From: Candidatus Methanomethylicia archaeon
Lineage (GTDB): Archaea; Thermoproteota; Methanomethylicia; Nezhaarchaeales; B40-G2
Length of the DNA: 40,831 nucleotides
Direction: 5' to 3'
NCBI GenBank assembly: GCA_029259155.1
Contig: JAPDJI010000029.1
Location: forward strand, 1-40,831
How positions within the stretch are numbered: position 1 is the first letter of the stretch; each line of letters begins with the position of its first letter. This document shows, piece by piece, positions 28,033 through 36,966 of this stretch. The notes beneath the pieces were generated by a model, which did no database searches, had not been told where the DNA came from, and saw only the letters and a list, made by a program, of their open reading frames with translations. The position numbers and the translations under genes are program-made.

Positions 28033-28040
28033 TTGAGGGG

Positions 28041-28712
28041 CTAAAGCCCCAACGCCTCTACAACCTCGTCTATGCCCAACCCCTTCTTTAAGCTAGTCTT
28101 CACGACCTTTATCCAAGGCTTAACCCTCTTGATCTCCTCCACGAGTTTATCGGGCTCTACCTCCATGGCCTCGGCAAGGTCTATCTTATTTATTATAGCT
28201 ACGTCGGCCTCCAGGAAAACCAGCGGATGTTTAGACACTACGTAAGGTCCTTCCGTTACGCTTATGACCACTAGCCTAAAATGAGCACCAAGTTTGAAAT
28301 CGGCTGGACATATGAGGTTGCCCACATTCTCAATGAAAACCAGATCTAGGTTCTTGAGGTCAAGTTTGGATAAGGCCTTCTTAACTAGGTTAGCGTCAAG
28401 GTGGCATTCTCTCCCAGTATTCACTTGGATAGAGGGTACGTTGAGTTTCTTAAGGCGGTCAGCATCGATGGTGGTGGCCACGTCGCCTGCTATCACCGCT
28501 ATCTTGTAGCGGTCCTTTAACTTAGATACCAACTTTTCAATGAGCGTTGTTTTTCCAGAGCCGATAGAACCCATCACATCTAGGACTCTAACTCCATAAG
28601 CATCTACTAACCTACGGTTTTCAGCAGCCAACTCATCGTTACGCTTTATGAAATCCTCCTCCAACTCTATGTCCAGTACTTCTCCTTCTTCACTGGTAAC
28701 AATCTCACTCAA
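28041..28712 (-). CDS. hypB: Hydrogenase nickel incorporation GTPase HypB
   Basis: GSIGSGKT, NTGRECHLDA, IENVGNLICPA, SVTEG, NKIDL. Confidence 0.95.
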   Translation of the reverse strand: MSEIVTSEEGEVLDIELEEDFIKRNDELAAENRRLVDAYGVRVLDVMGSIGSGKTTLIEKLVSKLKDRYKIAVIAGDVATTIDADRLKKLNVPSIQVNTGRECHLDANLVKKALSKLDLKNLDLVFIENVGNLICPADFKLGAHFRLVVISVTEGPYVVSKHPLVFLEADVAIINKIDLAEAMEVEPDKLVEEIKRVKPWIKVVKTSLKKGLGIDEVVEALGL

Positions 28713-28878
28713 TGTAGACCCCCTTGTCCAACGCTAACGCTGCATATTAACCTTACGTCAGACCAGATAAGCCAACACCCTCCAACCCACGACCCTAGAT
28801 GCTTTTTGACACCTCTGGGATCCATAGCTCAGTGCCTGCATGCTTCGTTCCTCAAAGCCCTTATAGATGCAATCTTCC

Positions 28879-29775
28879 TTACGGTATGGGTGGTATAAGG
28901 CCCTGAAGCTGGAAGATCCCTCTTAGTATCAGCCTCACACCTATGTACACATAGACCGCGGCAAGGAGTATCTTGTATCGTTGAGGAGAGGTTCGATGAG
29001 CTATGCGTGGACCTAACTGTGCGAAGACGACGCTTGAAAGCCCTATTCCGAGGAAAGCTATCAAGTTGAACCAGCCTAAGCTTAACGGTGGGTATAGTTC
29101 AGGGTGCTTAACTTGATCTAAGTAGCCTAGGGCCATGAAGGAGAGGGAGCCCACGCTCGAACCTATGACCATGGTGCCCAAGGATATCGGGACAGCCATG
29201 TGAACGGGTATTGAGAGGAAGGCGTTCAGCACCGGCATATATATTATGCCTCCCCCTATGCCGATGAAGTGAGCAGCTATGGCTGAAAGCACGCCGCTTG
29301 CAGCATACTTTGATAGGGATGGTGTTGGAAGCTTCTCGATGGATATGGGTCTAGCTTTCATGAAGCGGTAGGCTCCAAAGAGGCAGAAGATGCCGAATAA
29401 AGTCTTTAAGATGATGCCAGCTGAGTGAGGGTAGTGGAGGTAGAAGGTGAAGGCGGCCAGCGCCCCAATGAAACTCCCCACACCCACAGGGACAGCGAAA
29501 TAGAGGTAGTGCTTTATGGGGAAGGGGAAACCCTTCTTGAATAACTCTCTTTTATGCCTAAGCACTCCACTGAGGGCCGTCGGCACGACGACCGCCATGT
29601 TGGTGCCGAAAGCTATGAGAGGCGATAGGCTTGGGTCGACGCCCATGTAGGTCTCGAAGCAATATATCATCACCGGCACCATGATAAAGCATGCCCCAAC
29701 CCCGAAGAACGAGCTAATTAAACCCACTAAGGAGCCAGCGACCAACATGAAAACCAGCACGTCAAACATAATCAT
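28879..29775 (-). CDS. Sulfite exporter TauE/SafE family membrane protein
   Basis: Duplicated G.G(G/A)..I.VP motifs (FGVGACFIMVP, IGIGGGIIYMP) and a multi-TM profile. Confidence 0.85.
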   Translation of the reverse strand: MIMFDVLVFMLVAGSLVGLISSFFGVGACFIMVPVMIYCFETYMGVDPSLSPLIAFGTNMAVVVPTALSGVLRHKRELFKKGFPFPIKHYLYFAVPVGVGSFIGALAAFTFYLHYPHSAGIILKTLFGIFCLFGAYRFMKARPISIEKLPTPSLSKYAASGVLSAIAAHFIGIGGGIIYMPVLNAFLSIPVHMAVPISLGTMVIGSSVGSLSFMALGYLDQVKHPELYPPLSLGWFNLIAFLGIGLSSVVFAQLGPRIAHRTSPQRYKILLAAVYVYIGVRLILRGIFQLQGLIPPIP

Positions 29776-29822
29776 GTTATCACCGATGTTAAAAAATTCA
29801 GAAAGAGTGTATAAGTTTTTCT

Positions 29823-29998
29823 GTTTCAGAATGAAATTGAAAGAAGAATGGAGAAGGGAGAGTATACTGGAGAGTTCAAGGATATCCCCTAGAGAGGAAG
29901 GGGGAGACTTCTTCAGTTGAAGTAGTTTAGCTGAGGGTGGTTTACAGTTCTTTTAACAACAGAAAAAATTTTATATTTTCTTTGTTTCAATTTGTAAG
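29823..29998. promoter_or_regulatory. Divergent promoters with two similar 15-bp semipalindromes (candidate Lrp sites)
   Basis: GTTTCAGAATGAAAT (29823-29837) and GTTTCAATTTGTAAG (29984-29998). An AACAGAAAAA-TATA element is present on each strand. Confidence 0.45.
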
Positions 29999-29999
29999 C

Positions 30000-30569
30000 A
30001 TGTCGCTGATAGACAAAGTCGATAGGGAACTTATTTCAGCCCTCCAAGAAGACGGCAGGCTTAGCTTAACGCAGTTAGGTAGAAGGCTTAGGATGAGCCA
30101 TGTAGGCGTCAGTAGAAGGCTACGAAGGCTCATCGAAGAAGGTGTTGTGAAGGTCCAAGCCAACCTAAGTCATGAAGCCCTTAGAATGAAGCTCGTGGCA
30201 GTCCTCTTAGAGGTGGAGGGGAGAAAGCAGCTAGATGAAGTATGTAGGAGGTTCAGTGAATGCCCAAGGATGGTACTATTCTCTACGCTCATAGGAGGAC
30301 TGAACCTCCTAGCCCTGATGGTGGCTGAGGACGAGAGCGTATTGGAGAGCATAACCACAACCTGCGCCATAAGAGAGTCTCCAGGAATTAAGAGGACCGA
30401 GATTTACTTAATGGGCGAAGTACTAACCCCTAAGTTCCTACCATTAAAATTAGCTAAACGTAGAAAGAGACAGGCCCCTTGCGGAAGGATATGTAGTGCT
30501 TGTTCAAGGTTTGAAACTATGCGTTGTCTAGGTTGTCCAGCAGTTGAAGGTTACAGAGGGCCCCTGTGA
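30000..30569 (+). CDS. Lrp/AsnC regulator with C-terminal Cys cluster
   Basis: DKVDRELISALQEDGR.S HTH. Tail reads PCGRICSACSRF..RCLGCPA. ATG 30000 lies about 25 nt after TTTTATAT (leaderless). Confidence 0.88.
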   Translation: MSLIDKVDRELISALQEDGRLSLTQLGRRLRMSHVGVSRRLRRLIEEGVVKVQANLSHEALRMKLVAVLLEVEGRKQLDEVCRRFSECPRMVLFSTLIGGLNLLALMVAEDESVLESITTTCAIRESPGIKRTEIYLMGEVLTPKFLPLKLAKRRKRQAPCGRICSACSRFETMRCLGCPAVEGYRGPL

Positions 30570-30592
30570 AGAGCGTAGCTCTCTTAGCCGTA

Positions 30593-31459
30593 CTAGAGAA
30601 GGAGGAGGGCTACGGCTAGAGCTATGGCAATCACCCAGATCAAGGGGTTCCACTTAAAGATCTTAGATCCATCTAATGGAGGTATAGGTAGAAGGTTGAA
30701 GAAACCCAGCCATAAGTTTACGGTTACCAGGTATTGAGCGTAGCGTGTCATCTGCCACGGTATAGCTAAGCTAGGGATTAGAATCATAAAGATTAAAGCT
30801 AAGAGGAGGTTGGTTAAAGGGCCTGCCAGCGATATTAAACCATAGTCCCTTTTATCCATCACTCCTTCAACATATACTGCTCCAGGAGCTGCGAAAATAA
30901 TGCCGAGGAAGGCGGAGGCTAAAGCTAAGAGGAGGCCTGGAGGCCAAGCTCGATACTCTGCCCAATACCCCATCTTTCGAGCAGTGAAGCGGTGGGCAAG
31001 TTCATGGAAGAGAAAAGCGGTGACCACAGCTGCTAACATGACTGGGAAGATTAAGATTAAACCCAGAGGCTCGACAAAGAGCAGGCCTCTACCTATAAGT
31101 ATGGTGAAGGCTACGGCTAGAGCTAAAGTAGAGAAGGCTAGGTCCTTGACCTCAACCGAGGACAATGAAGGCTTTAATTTAATTCGAGGCCTAGGCCTTA
31201 AAGGCTCCACCTTTATTTCAAAGGTCTTAAACCAAGCGCCTTCACCGGTGGGGCCTCTAACCAGACCTGTACAGTGGTGGAGCTCAGGGAGCATGTGTTC
31301 TATGCATACCCATTCACCGCAGTACCTACATCTATGACCTGTCAAAGGATCTAACGGTACTCCACATTCCTTACAGCGAGGCTTCTCCAAAACACTTTTC
31401 CTCCGCCTCTCAAGCTCACTTAACCCTAAATTAGTTTTATCGCGAAAAATAGGGCTCAC
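30593..31459 (-). CDS. Site-2 (M50) membrane metalloprotease with N-terminal AN1-type zinc finger
   Basis: CKEC..CRYCGEWVCIEHMLPELHHC, HELAH, AGPLTN, FNLLPIPPLDG. Confidence 0.88.
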   Translation of the reverse strand: MSPIFRDKTNLGLSELERRRKSVLEKPRCKECGVPLDPLTGHRCRYCGEWVCIEHMLPELHHCTGLVRGPTGEGAWFKTFEIKVEPLRPRPRIKLKPSLSSVEVKDLAFSTLALAVAFTILIGRGLLFVEPLGLILIFPVMLAAVVTAFLFHELAHRFTARKMGYWAEYRAWPPGLLLALASAFLGIIFAAPGAVYVEGVMDKRDYGLISLAGPLTNLLLALIFMILIPSLAIPWQMTRYAQYLVTVNLWLGFFNLLPIPPLDGSKIFKWNPLIWVIAIALAVALLLL

Positions 31460-31578
31460 AGGTGCATAGACCTGCCTTGTTGAGAAATGAAACCTACATC
31501 TTTCCGTTACCTCTCGTCGCCGCCTCGGTGAGCTAACACCGCAAGCTTTAAACAGATGATGGATAACCTAGAAAGGTC

Positions 31579-32730
31579 ATGGTTAGAGCTCTAGGCATAG
31601 ATCCAGGTACCTTCAGTTTTGACCTATGCGGCCTCGAAGACGGCGAGGTCGTGTTTGAGAAAGTAATACCGACGGCTGAAGTAGCTAAGAAGCCTAGGTT
31701 GCTGGTGGATGAATGTAGAGAAGCTCTTCCTCTAAACCTCATAGTTGGCCCCTCAGGCTATGGTGTGAGCTTAACCTACCTAAGCGACGTAGATGACCCT
31801 GAGGCCTTCGCCATCACTGCTCTACTCCTCTCCAGGCCTAAGGATATTGAAGAGGCCTACAAGAGGAAGGAGCTAGGAGCAATGGTTTACAAGGCGATAG
31901 CCGTCGCTGTCGGTCAGCTAAAGGAGCTTATGGTCCCTGTCTGCTTCGTTCCCGGTGTGATCCACCTACCTACAGTGCCAGCTGAGAGAAAGGTGAATAG
32001 GATTGATATGGGGACCGCCGACAAAATGTGTGTCGCTGTGCTGGGCGTTTATGATCAAGCTAGGAGGCTTAACCTAAGTTACTCAGAGGTCTCCTTTATA
32101 CTCGTCGAGATGGGCTTTGGCTACAACGCCGTTATTGGCGTTGACCGTGGGAGGATAGTTGACGGCATAGGTGGAACAACCGGCAGCATAGGTTTTCTAG
32201 CTATGGGAGCTGTAGATGCCGAGGTCGCCCAGCTTATCGGTAAGTGGGAGCGAAGCGACGTGTTCTACGGTGGCGTCCGCGACGTAACGGGGAAGGAGAT
32301 GCCGGAAGACTTCATTACCAGCGTAGGGAGTAATGAGTTGTGTGAGCTCGCGTGGAGAGCAATGATGGAGAGCATGGAGAAGTCCGTCGCTGCGATGAGG
32401 GTTTCAGTACCTAAACCTCGCGAAATACTCTTTTCAGGCAGGCTAACCAAGATACCGAAGATACGTGAGGAGCTTATCTTTAGGCTCTCTAAGTACGGCG
32501 AGGTTAAGCCGCTTGGCTCGCTCGAAGGTGCGAAGCTCACCAAGGAGACGGGGCAGGGCTACGCCATAGTAGCAGACGGAATAGCTAACGGCAAGTTTAA
32601 GGACCTAATCGAGTGGATGCAAATAAAGGAAGCTAGCGGCACCGCCCTCGATTACATATTCCACCCAAAGGGGAAAGCTTTGAGGAAGCTACTTGATCGT
32701 TGGTACCCAAAGCTTACAGAGCAAACCTGA
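31579..32730 (+). CDS. DUF1464 family protein (ASKHA/butyrate kinase-like)
   Basis: GIDPGT.SFD, GPSGYG, PGVIHLPTVP..RKVNRIDMGTADK, IVDGIGG. Confidence 0.85.
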   Translation: MVRALGIDPGTFSFDLCGLEDGEVVFEKVIPTAEVAKKPRLLVDECREALPLNLIVGPSGYGVSLTYLSDVDDPEAFAITALLLSRPKDIEEAYKRKELGAMVYKAIAVAVGQLKELMVPVCFVPGVIHLPTVPAERKVNRIDMGTADKMCVAVLGVYDQARRLNLSYSEVSFILVEMGFGYNAVIGVDRGRIVDGIGGTTGSIGFLAMGAVDAEVAQLIGKWERSDVFYGGVRDVTGKEMPEDFITSVGSNELCELAWRAMMESMEKSVAAMRVSVPKPREILFSGRLTKIPKIREELIFRLSKYGEVKPLGSLEGAKLTKETGQGYAIVADGIANGKFKDLIEWMQIKEASGTALDYIFHPKGKALRKLLDRWYPKLTEQT

Positions 32731-32909
32731 AAAAGTATCTCTAAGTCCGCCCTCTTTATTCTCACGTAAACATTACCTTCCTAGACCTTTTAGTATAAGA
32801 TAAGATTTCTAATATAAAGAAATAATCAGCGCTTAAGCCTACTCATACGTTATTGAGGCAAGGCCATAATCTCTATGTTTAATTCTATACAAAACATTGA
32901 CTTGGTTTT

Positions 32910-33719
32910 TTGGAGGATTATGTCCCGCTAAGCGTACTTAGGATGGTTTATGACTCTTCTCGTAAATTATATAGTTTAAGGATTATGGCTAGTATTAGGC
33001 CAAGTGCTCTAGCTGAGATAACTTCGGTTTTCGCCAAACATAACATCAACATTCTCTGTATTGAGCTTGGAGCCAGATCAACAAGTGATGAAAGAGGCAC
33101 AGCATTCCTAGTGGTTGACTTTACTAAAAGCGCCATGGACGTGGAACAAATCATTAAAGAGCTCGAAGGACTGCCTTCAGTACTTGAAGTTAAGCTTATG
33201 GATCCTTCAATACCTGGCTTAATCATTGATACCGGACACTTTCCACTTATCATTGGTCCTTGGAGAGGTATAATCTTCAGAGTTGAGTTTTCAAGTACAT
33301 TGTCGAAGGCATTAGGCGAGAATTAGGATCAGCCGTCGAGGCCTTATTGTTCCATGAAGGGAGGATGGTGAACTAAGGCATAAAGGACTACCTAGAGTTT
33401 TTCAGGTCATTAAGTAAGAGGCAGATAATCGAGACCCTGCTCAACATAATTTTAGCTTTAGGATGGCGTGTAGGAGGAGGTAGTCGAATACGACGAAGAA
33501 AAACTTGCGCTTACGCTGAGGTTTTATGACCTCTTTGAATGCGTCCCTGTGAAGTATCAGAAAGAGAAGCCCAATAGTGAGTTCTTCAGAGGGATTCTAA
33601 GCGGAGGATTATCTGTAATTTTTGACAAGGTACTATTGGCGGTGGAAACCAAATGTATAGCTAAGGGCGACCCATACTGTGAATTTGTCGTGAAGCCAGC
33701 TGAAAAACAAGGTGTATAG
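32910..33719 (+). pseudogene. Second ACT + V4R paralog, disrupted
   Basis: The ACT part is intact. There is a frameshift near 33290 (should read EFFKYIVEGIRRELGSA..LLFHEG), an in-frame TAA near 33375 and a second shift near 33475. It then reads FYDLFEC..PNSEFFRG..ETKCIAKGDPYCEFVVK, near-identical in motifs to 16840..17640. Confidence 0.85.
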
Positions 33720-34410
33720 GTACTTCATACCATATTTTGCCGCTCCGGACCACGTACCTACGTCTCTTAAGAGGAAGGGAGAGCAGCGCACCGGTGATGA
33801 AGCCCCCTATGTGAGCCCAGAACGCAACGCCAACGAAGTAAGGTAGATGTAAACTTAGAAAACCCATCCAGAGCTGGAAGAGGAACCAGAAGGCAAGGAA
33901 AAGCACTGCTGGAATAGGTATGATGAAAGGTAGCCCTAGTAGGGTAAGAGTCATCACATTCACAAAAGAGAAAGGAAAGAGAATTAGATAAGCCCCTAGT
34001 ATCCCTGAGATAGCTCCGCTAGCACCTATACATGGTATGTTTAAGGGATGGAAAGAAAAGAGCTCCACCAAAGAATGCATGAAGGATGCAGCAAAGCCAC
34101 AAGCTAGGTAAAAGACGGTGAAGCGTAAGGTTCCCATTCTTGCCTCCACAGCTCCCCCAAAGACGTAAAGGAACAACATGTTGCTCAATAAATGTACCAA
34201 GTCTCCATGCATGAACATGGAGGTGATCAGGGCATGTAGCTTTCTACCTCTTAATAGATCGATGGGGGCTAAACCGTAGGCCTTTATGGCCACATGGAAG
34301 GCCACGTCACCTTGAAGGTAGAAGTAGAAGAAGATTAACGTGTTCAACACTATGAGTAGCCACGTAGCGTACGGCCTCTTCTTAACACCAGTTACGCCGA
34401 CGGGTATCAA
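33661..34410 (-). CDS. Rhomboid family intramembrane serine protease
   Basis: SMFMHG..HL.SNM, GASGAISG, AFWAHIGG. Confidence 0.93.
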   Translation of the reverse strand: MIPVGVTGVKKRPYATWLLIVLNTLIFFYFYLQGDVAFHVAIKAYGLAPIDLLRGRKLHALITSMFMHGDLVHLLSNMLFLYVFGGAVEARMGTLRFTVFYLACGFAASFMHSLVELFSFHPLNIPCIGASGAISGILGAYLILFPFSFVNVMTLTLLGLPFIIPIPAVLFLAFWFLFQLWMGFLSLHLPYFVGVAFWAHIGGFITGALLSLPLKRRRYVVRSGKIWYEVPIHLVFQLASRQIHSMGRP

Positions 34411-34595
34411 TTTTCTACGCCCTCGTCTTTAACCAGTGAGCTCTTTAGGTCTTAGGCTTAAAACAGGCTTCTAAAGTATAAGCTTTCCATCAACGTGGTT
34501 AATACCATGCCTCTGAGGCCTAGATTAAAGGCTAAAAGTATATAAGGTGCCTTAGTTAGGGAAGCCTACCTTAGATAGGTGTAGAGGTCAGATTT

Positions 34596-34880
34596 ATGGA
34601 GTTTTGTCCTAAATGTGGTAAGCTTCTTGTCCCAGCTACTAGCAAAGATGGTGAAGTAGTCTTAGCTTGCCGTGTATGTGGTTACACCAAGCCCATCTCT
34701 AAATCGCAGAAAGGATATGTTTGGACCGAGAAAATAGATGACTCGAAACGAAGGAGGACTGCGGTTATAGAGGGTTCTCCCACCTTAGAGAAGCAGCGGA
34801 AAGAAGAGCGTGAGCTCGCCCAAGAATACTATGAGATTTTCTTAGAGTCCTTCAACGAGGCGGCTGAGGAAGAGGGTTAA
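34596..34880 (+). CDS. TFS/RPB9-like protein with only the N-terminal zinc ribbon (TFS2-like)
   Basis: MEFCPKCGKLL.P...L.CRVCGY. An acidic helical C-terminus replaces the QTRSADE ribbon. Confidence 0.78.
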   Translation: MEFCPKCGKLLVPATSKDGEVVLACRVCGYTKPISKSQKGYVWTEKIDDSKRRRTAVIEGSPTLEKQRKEERELAQEYYEIFLESFNEAAEEEG

Positions 34881-34888
34881 GCTTCCGC

Positions 34889-35308
34889 TTACTCGACCTT
34901 AATGGTGTACCGCTTAACCTTCTTGGGTAACATCACCCTAAGCATACCTCTCTTGAACGTGGCTTTCGCCCCTTCCGGGTTCACGAGCGTAGGTAGTCTA
35001 ACTAGTTTCCTAAAGCTCCTGAACTCTACGTCACGCTGCACCGTCCCCCATCTCTCCAGCCTGAAGCTTTTCGTCATGTTAGCCTCTATGATTAAAGTGT
35101 CCTCCGTCACGTCTAGTTTAATGTCCTCTTTCCGCTCCACGAAGGGTAGGTCTGCCGTGACAATAACGTACTCGTCACGCTCCTCAACATCGATTAAAGG
35201 TTCAAGGCAGCACTCCTCCACATCCCAGCTTGGCTTAAACAAGGTCTCCTCAAGTTTATCGAAGAACTCGTCGACCCAGTCAAAGATCGATCTCCTACGC
35301 CTCCACAT
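34889..35308 (-). CDS. Hsp20/alpha-crystallin small heat shock protein
   Basis: EPLIDVEE, TADLP, RLP..V.PE.AKATFKRGML.V.LPK, C-terminal IKVE. Confidence 0.9.
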   Translation of the reverse strand: MWRRRRSIFDWVDEFFDKLEETLFKPSWDVEECCLEPLIDVEERDEYVIVTADLPFVERKEDIKLDVTEDTLIIEANMTKSFRLERWGTVQRDVEFRSFRKLVRLPTLVNPEGAKATFKRGMLRVMLPKKVKRYTIKVE

Positions 35309-35320
35309 AACACTCCCTCC

Positions 35321-36076
35321 TTACGTGTACATTAGAGGTACCTCGTTTTCGCGGGGTTTCTGCATCCCCATCATCGCCGTCCTCGCCTGCTTCATTAAAT
35401 CTCTTGTCTTAATCCTTATCTCCTCAGCTTTATCGAGAAGCGGCTTAACGTCGAAGACCTGTCCCAGCAGCTTCCCGAGAGCGTTTAGTGTAGCTGCTGC
35501 AGCTCCAGGGTCTGGGTATTGTAGGTAGCTTTGCGCCAGTAAAGCCACTGCTGGCATCGAGCGCTTCATGGATTCTCTCAGGAACATGGCGTAAGCCCCA
35601 GCAACGAAGCCCTCCTCCATCAACTCTATTCCGCTATTCTTTAGGAGCCTAGAGGCCTCCTCTCCATTAGGAACCCCGTAGACAGCAGGGTTCTCTATGT
35701 CCAATCTATTAGGGACAGGTATGCCTCCAAGCGATACCATTAATCCTATGCCTTTCTCCTTAAACCACCCAGCAAGAGCCTTGACAAGCGGGTTTAACGC
35801 TTCTACTGGGATAGCTATCTCCGAGACTAGGATTAGTAGGTCTCTAGACCTATAGATCCTAATAGGGTTCTTTAACTTACCTTTATGCAGCACCATTATT
35901 GGGGGGAGCAGCTCCGAGTCTACATGAGCTACTTCTTCCATCCCTAGCTGGTCTACGAGGTAGGAAGTGGCGATAGCACCTACTAGGCCTACGTCGGGCA
36001 GCCCCTCTACCGCCTTAGCTCCTTCAGCCTCAACCGGGACTAGCTCTAAGATCTCAACTTCTTCAACCAAGCACAT
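35321..36076 (-). CDS. PAC2-family proteasome assembly chaperone homolog (PbaA/PbaB-like)
   Basis: GLPDVGLVGAIA..YL, P.RIY, YPDPGAAA. The C-terminus MYT fits HbYX. Confidence 0.88.
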   Translation of the reverse strand: MCLVEEVEILELVPVEAEGAKAVEGLPDVGLVGAIATSYLVDQLGMEEVAHVDSELLPPIMVLHKGKLKNPIRIYRSRDLLILVSEIAIPVEALNPLVKALAGWFKEKGIGLMVSLGGIPVPNRLDIENPAVYGVPNGEEASRLLKNSGIELMEEGFVAGAYAMFLRESMKRSMPAVALLAQSYLQYPDPGAAAATLNALGKLLGQVFDVKPLLDKAEEIRIKTRDLMKQARTAMMGMQKPRENEVPLMYT

Positions 36077-36124
36077 CCACCTTACATCTTGTTTACATAG
36101 CAGGTCTTTTTAAAAGGCTTCTAC

Positions 36125-36733
36125 TTAGTCAAGTTCCAGGCTTAACAGCTCAGCTTCCCGCTTATCTAAGTCCACGATGGCGGCGTAGCCCCTAGCTAAT
36201 GGTCCGGGGTTAACGAGCAAGGTATCTCCGAGCCAGTCTAAGCCTCGAGCTTCATGGATATGTCCGCATAGACAGACCAAAGGACGGTAAGTTTCGATGA
36301 ACCCCTTCACGGAGCTGCTGCCTACGTGCATCCGGTTGAAGGCTAAGTCCACCTTCGAGCCCTTTGGAGGATAATGGCTGACTAACACCAGCTTAGACGG
36401 CTTGTTTTGACTTAAAACCTGTATTAATTGTTCTAGAGCCCATTTAAAGTTGAAGGCTCCCACCCCTGCGAACGTGTAGCCTTCATGTTCCATAAGCTTG
36501 CCATGAAGGCTTAATTTAGCCTCCTCTAAAGCTTGAAGCTCTTCTTCGCTGTCCATGTTTCCAGGGACCGCAAAGACTCTACCATTAAACTCGGCTAGAA
36601 GCCTGATAGCCTCCACGCTCTGGAAGTCACCTGAAAAGGTCACTGTGTCCAGATTGTTGTCAGAGGCATACTCCAAGGCTTTACGGAGCCAAGCTATGCT
36701 TCTATGTACATCAGTGAGGGCGAGCACCTTCAA
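36125..36733 (-). CDS. Calcineurin-like metallophosphoesterase
   Basis: TDVH, SGDF, GNMD, SHYPP, CGHIHE, VNPG. Confidence 0.9.
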   Translation of the reverse strand: MKVLALTDVHRSIAWLRKALEYASDNNLDTVTFSGDFQSVEAIRLLAEFNGRVFAVPGNMDSEEELQALEEAKLSLHGKLMEHEGYTFAGVGAFNFKWALEQLIQVLSQNKPSKLVLVSHYPPKGSKVDLAFNRMHVGSSSVKGFIETYRPLVCLCGHIHEARGLDWLGDTLLVNPGPLARGYAAIVDLDKREAELLSLELD

Positions 36734-36745
36734 GGTACCTCACCA

Positions 36746-36892
36746 CTACGGTGAAAAGCCAGCTAAGCCTATCCTCCTCAAGATTTCTATGAAGAACCCC
36801 TCTCCCCATAAGAAGTAGCCCATAATGGAGACCACGATAGCCAGCGCTATCAAAAGCTTCACCGCGAACTTTACGTCCTCCTTCCACCTCAA
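36746..36892 (-). CDS. Small (48 aa) membrane protein, not in ORF track
   Basis: TTG start, MRWKEDVKFAVKLLIALAIVVSIMGYFLWGEGFFIEILRRIGLAGFSP*. The stop lies just before the GGTGAGG SD of the phosphoesterase. Confidence 0.6.
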   Translation of the reverse strand: MRWKEDVKFAVKLLIALAIVVSIMGYFLWGEGFFIEILRRIGLAGFSP

Positions 36893-36966
36893 GCCTTGAC
36901 ACCAGTTTCTGACAGTGGAGAAGTAACCTTTAACTTTTTGTCCGTTGAGGCATTACTTGATGCTCC

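Noticed and set aside
28713-28878. Missing hypA upstream of hypB
   Set aside because: No MHE start or CxxC pairs in any minus frame.
29937-29999. N-terminal extension of the Lrp ORF
   Set aside because: It is the AT-rich promoter, and ATG 30000 fits a leaderless start.
34902-35528. 208-aa plus-strand ORF and the many other Ser-rich antisense ORFs in the track
   Set aside because: They are shadows of well-supported opposite-strand genes.
36711-36902. 63-aa ORF-track call
   Set aside because: The alternative frame 36746..36892 gives a coherent TM protein without overlap.
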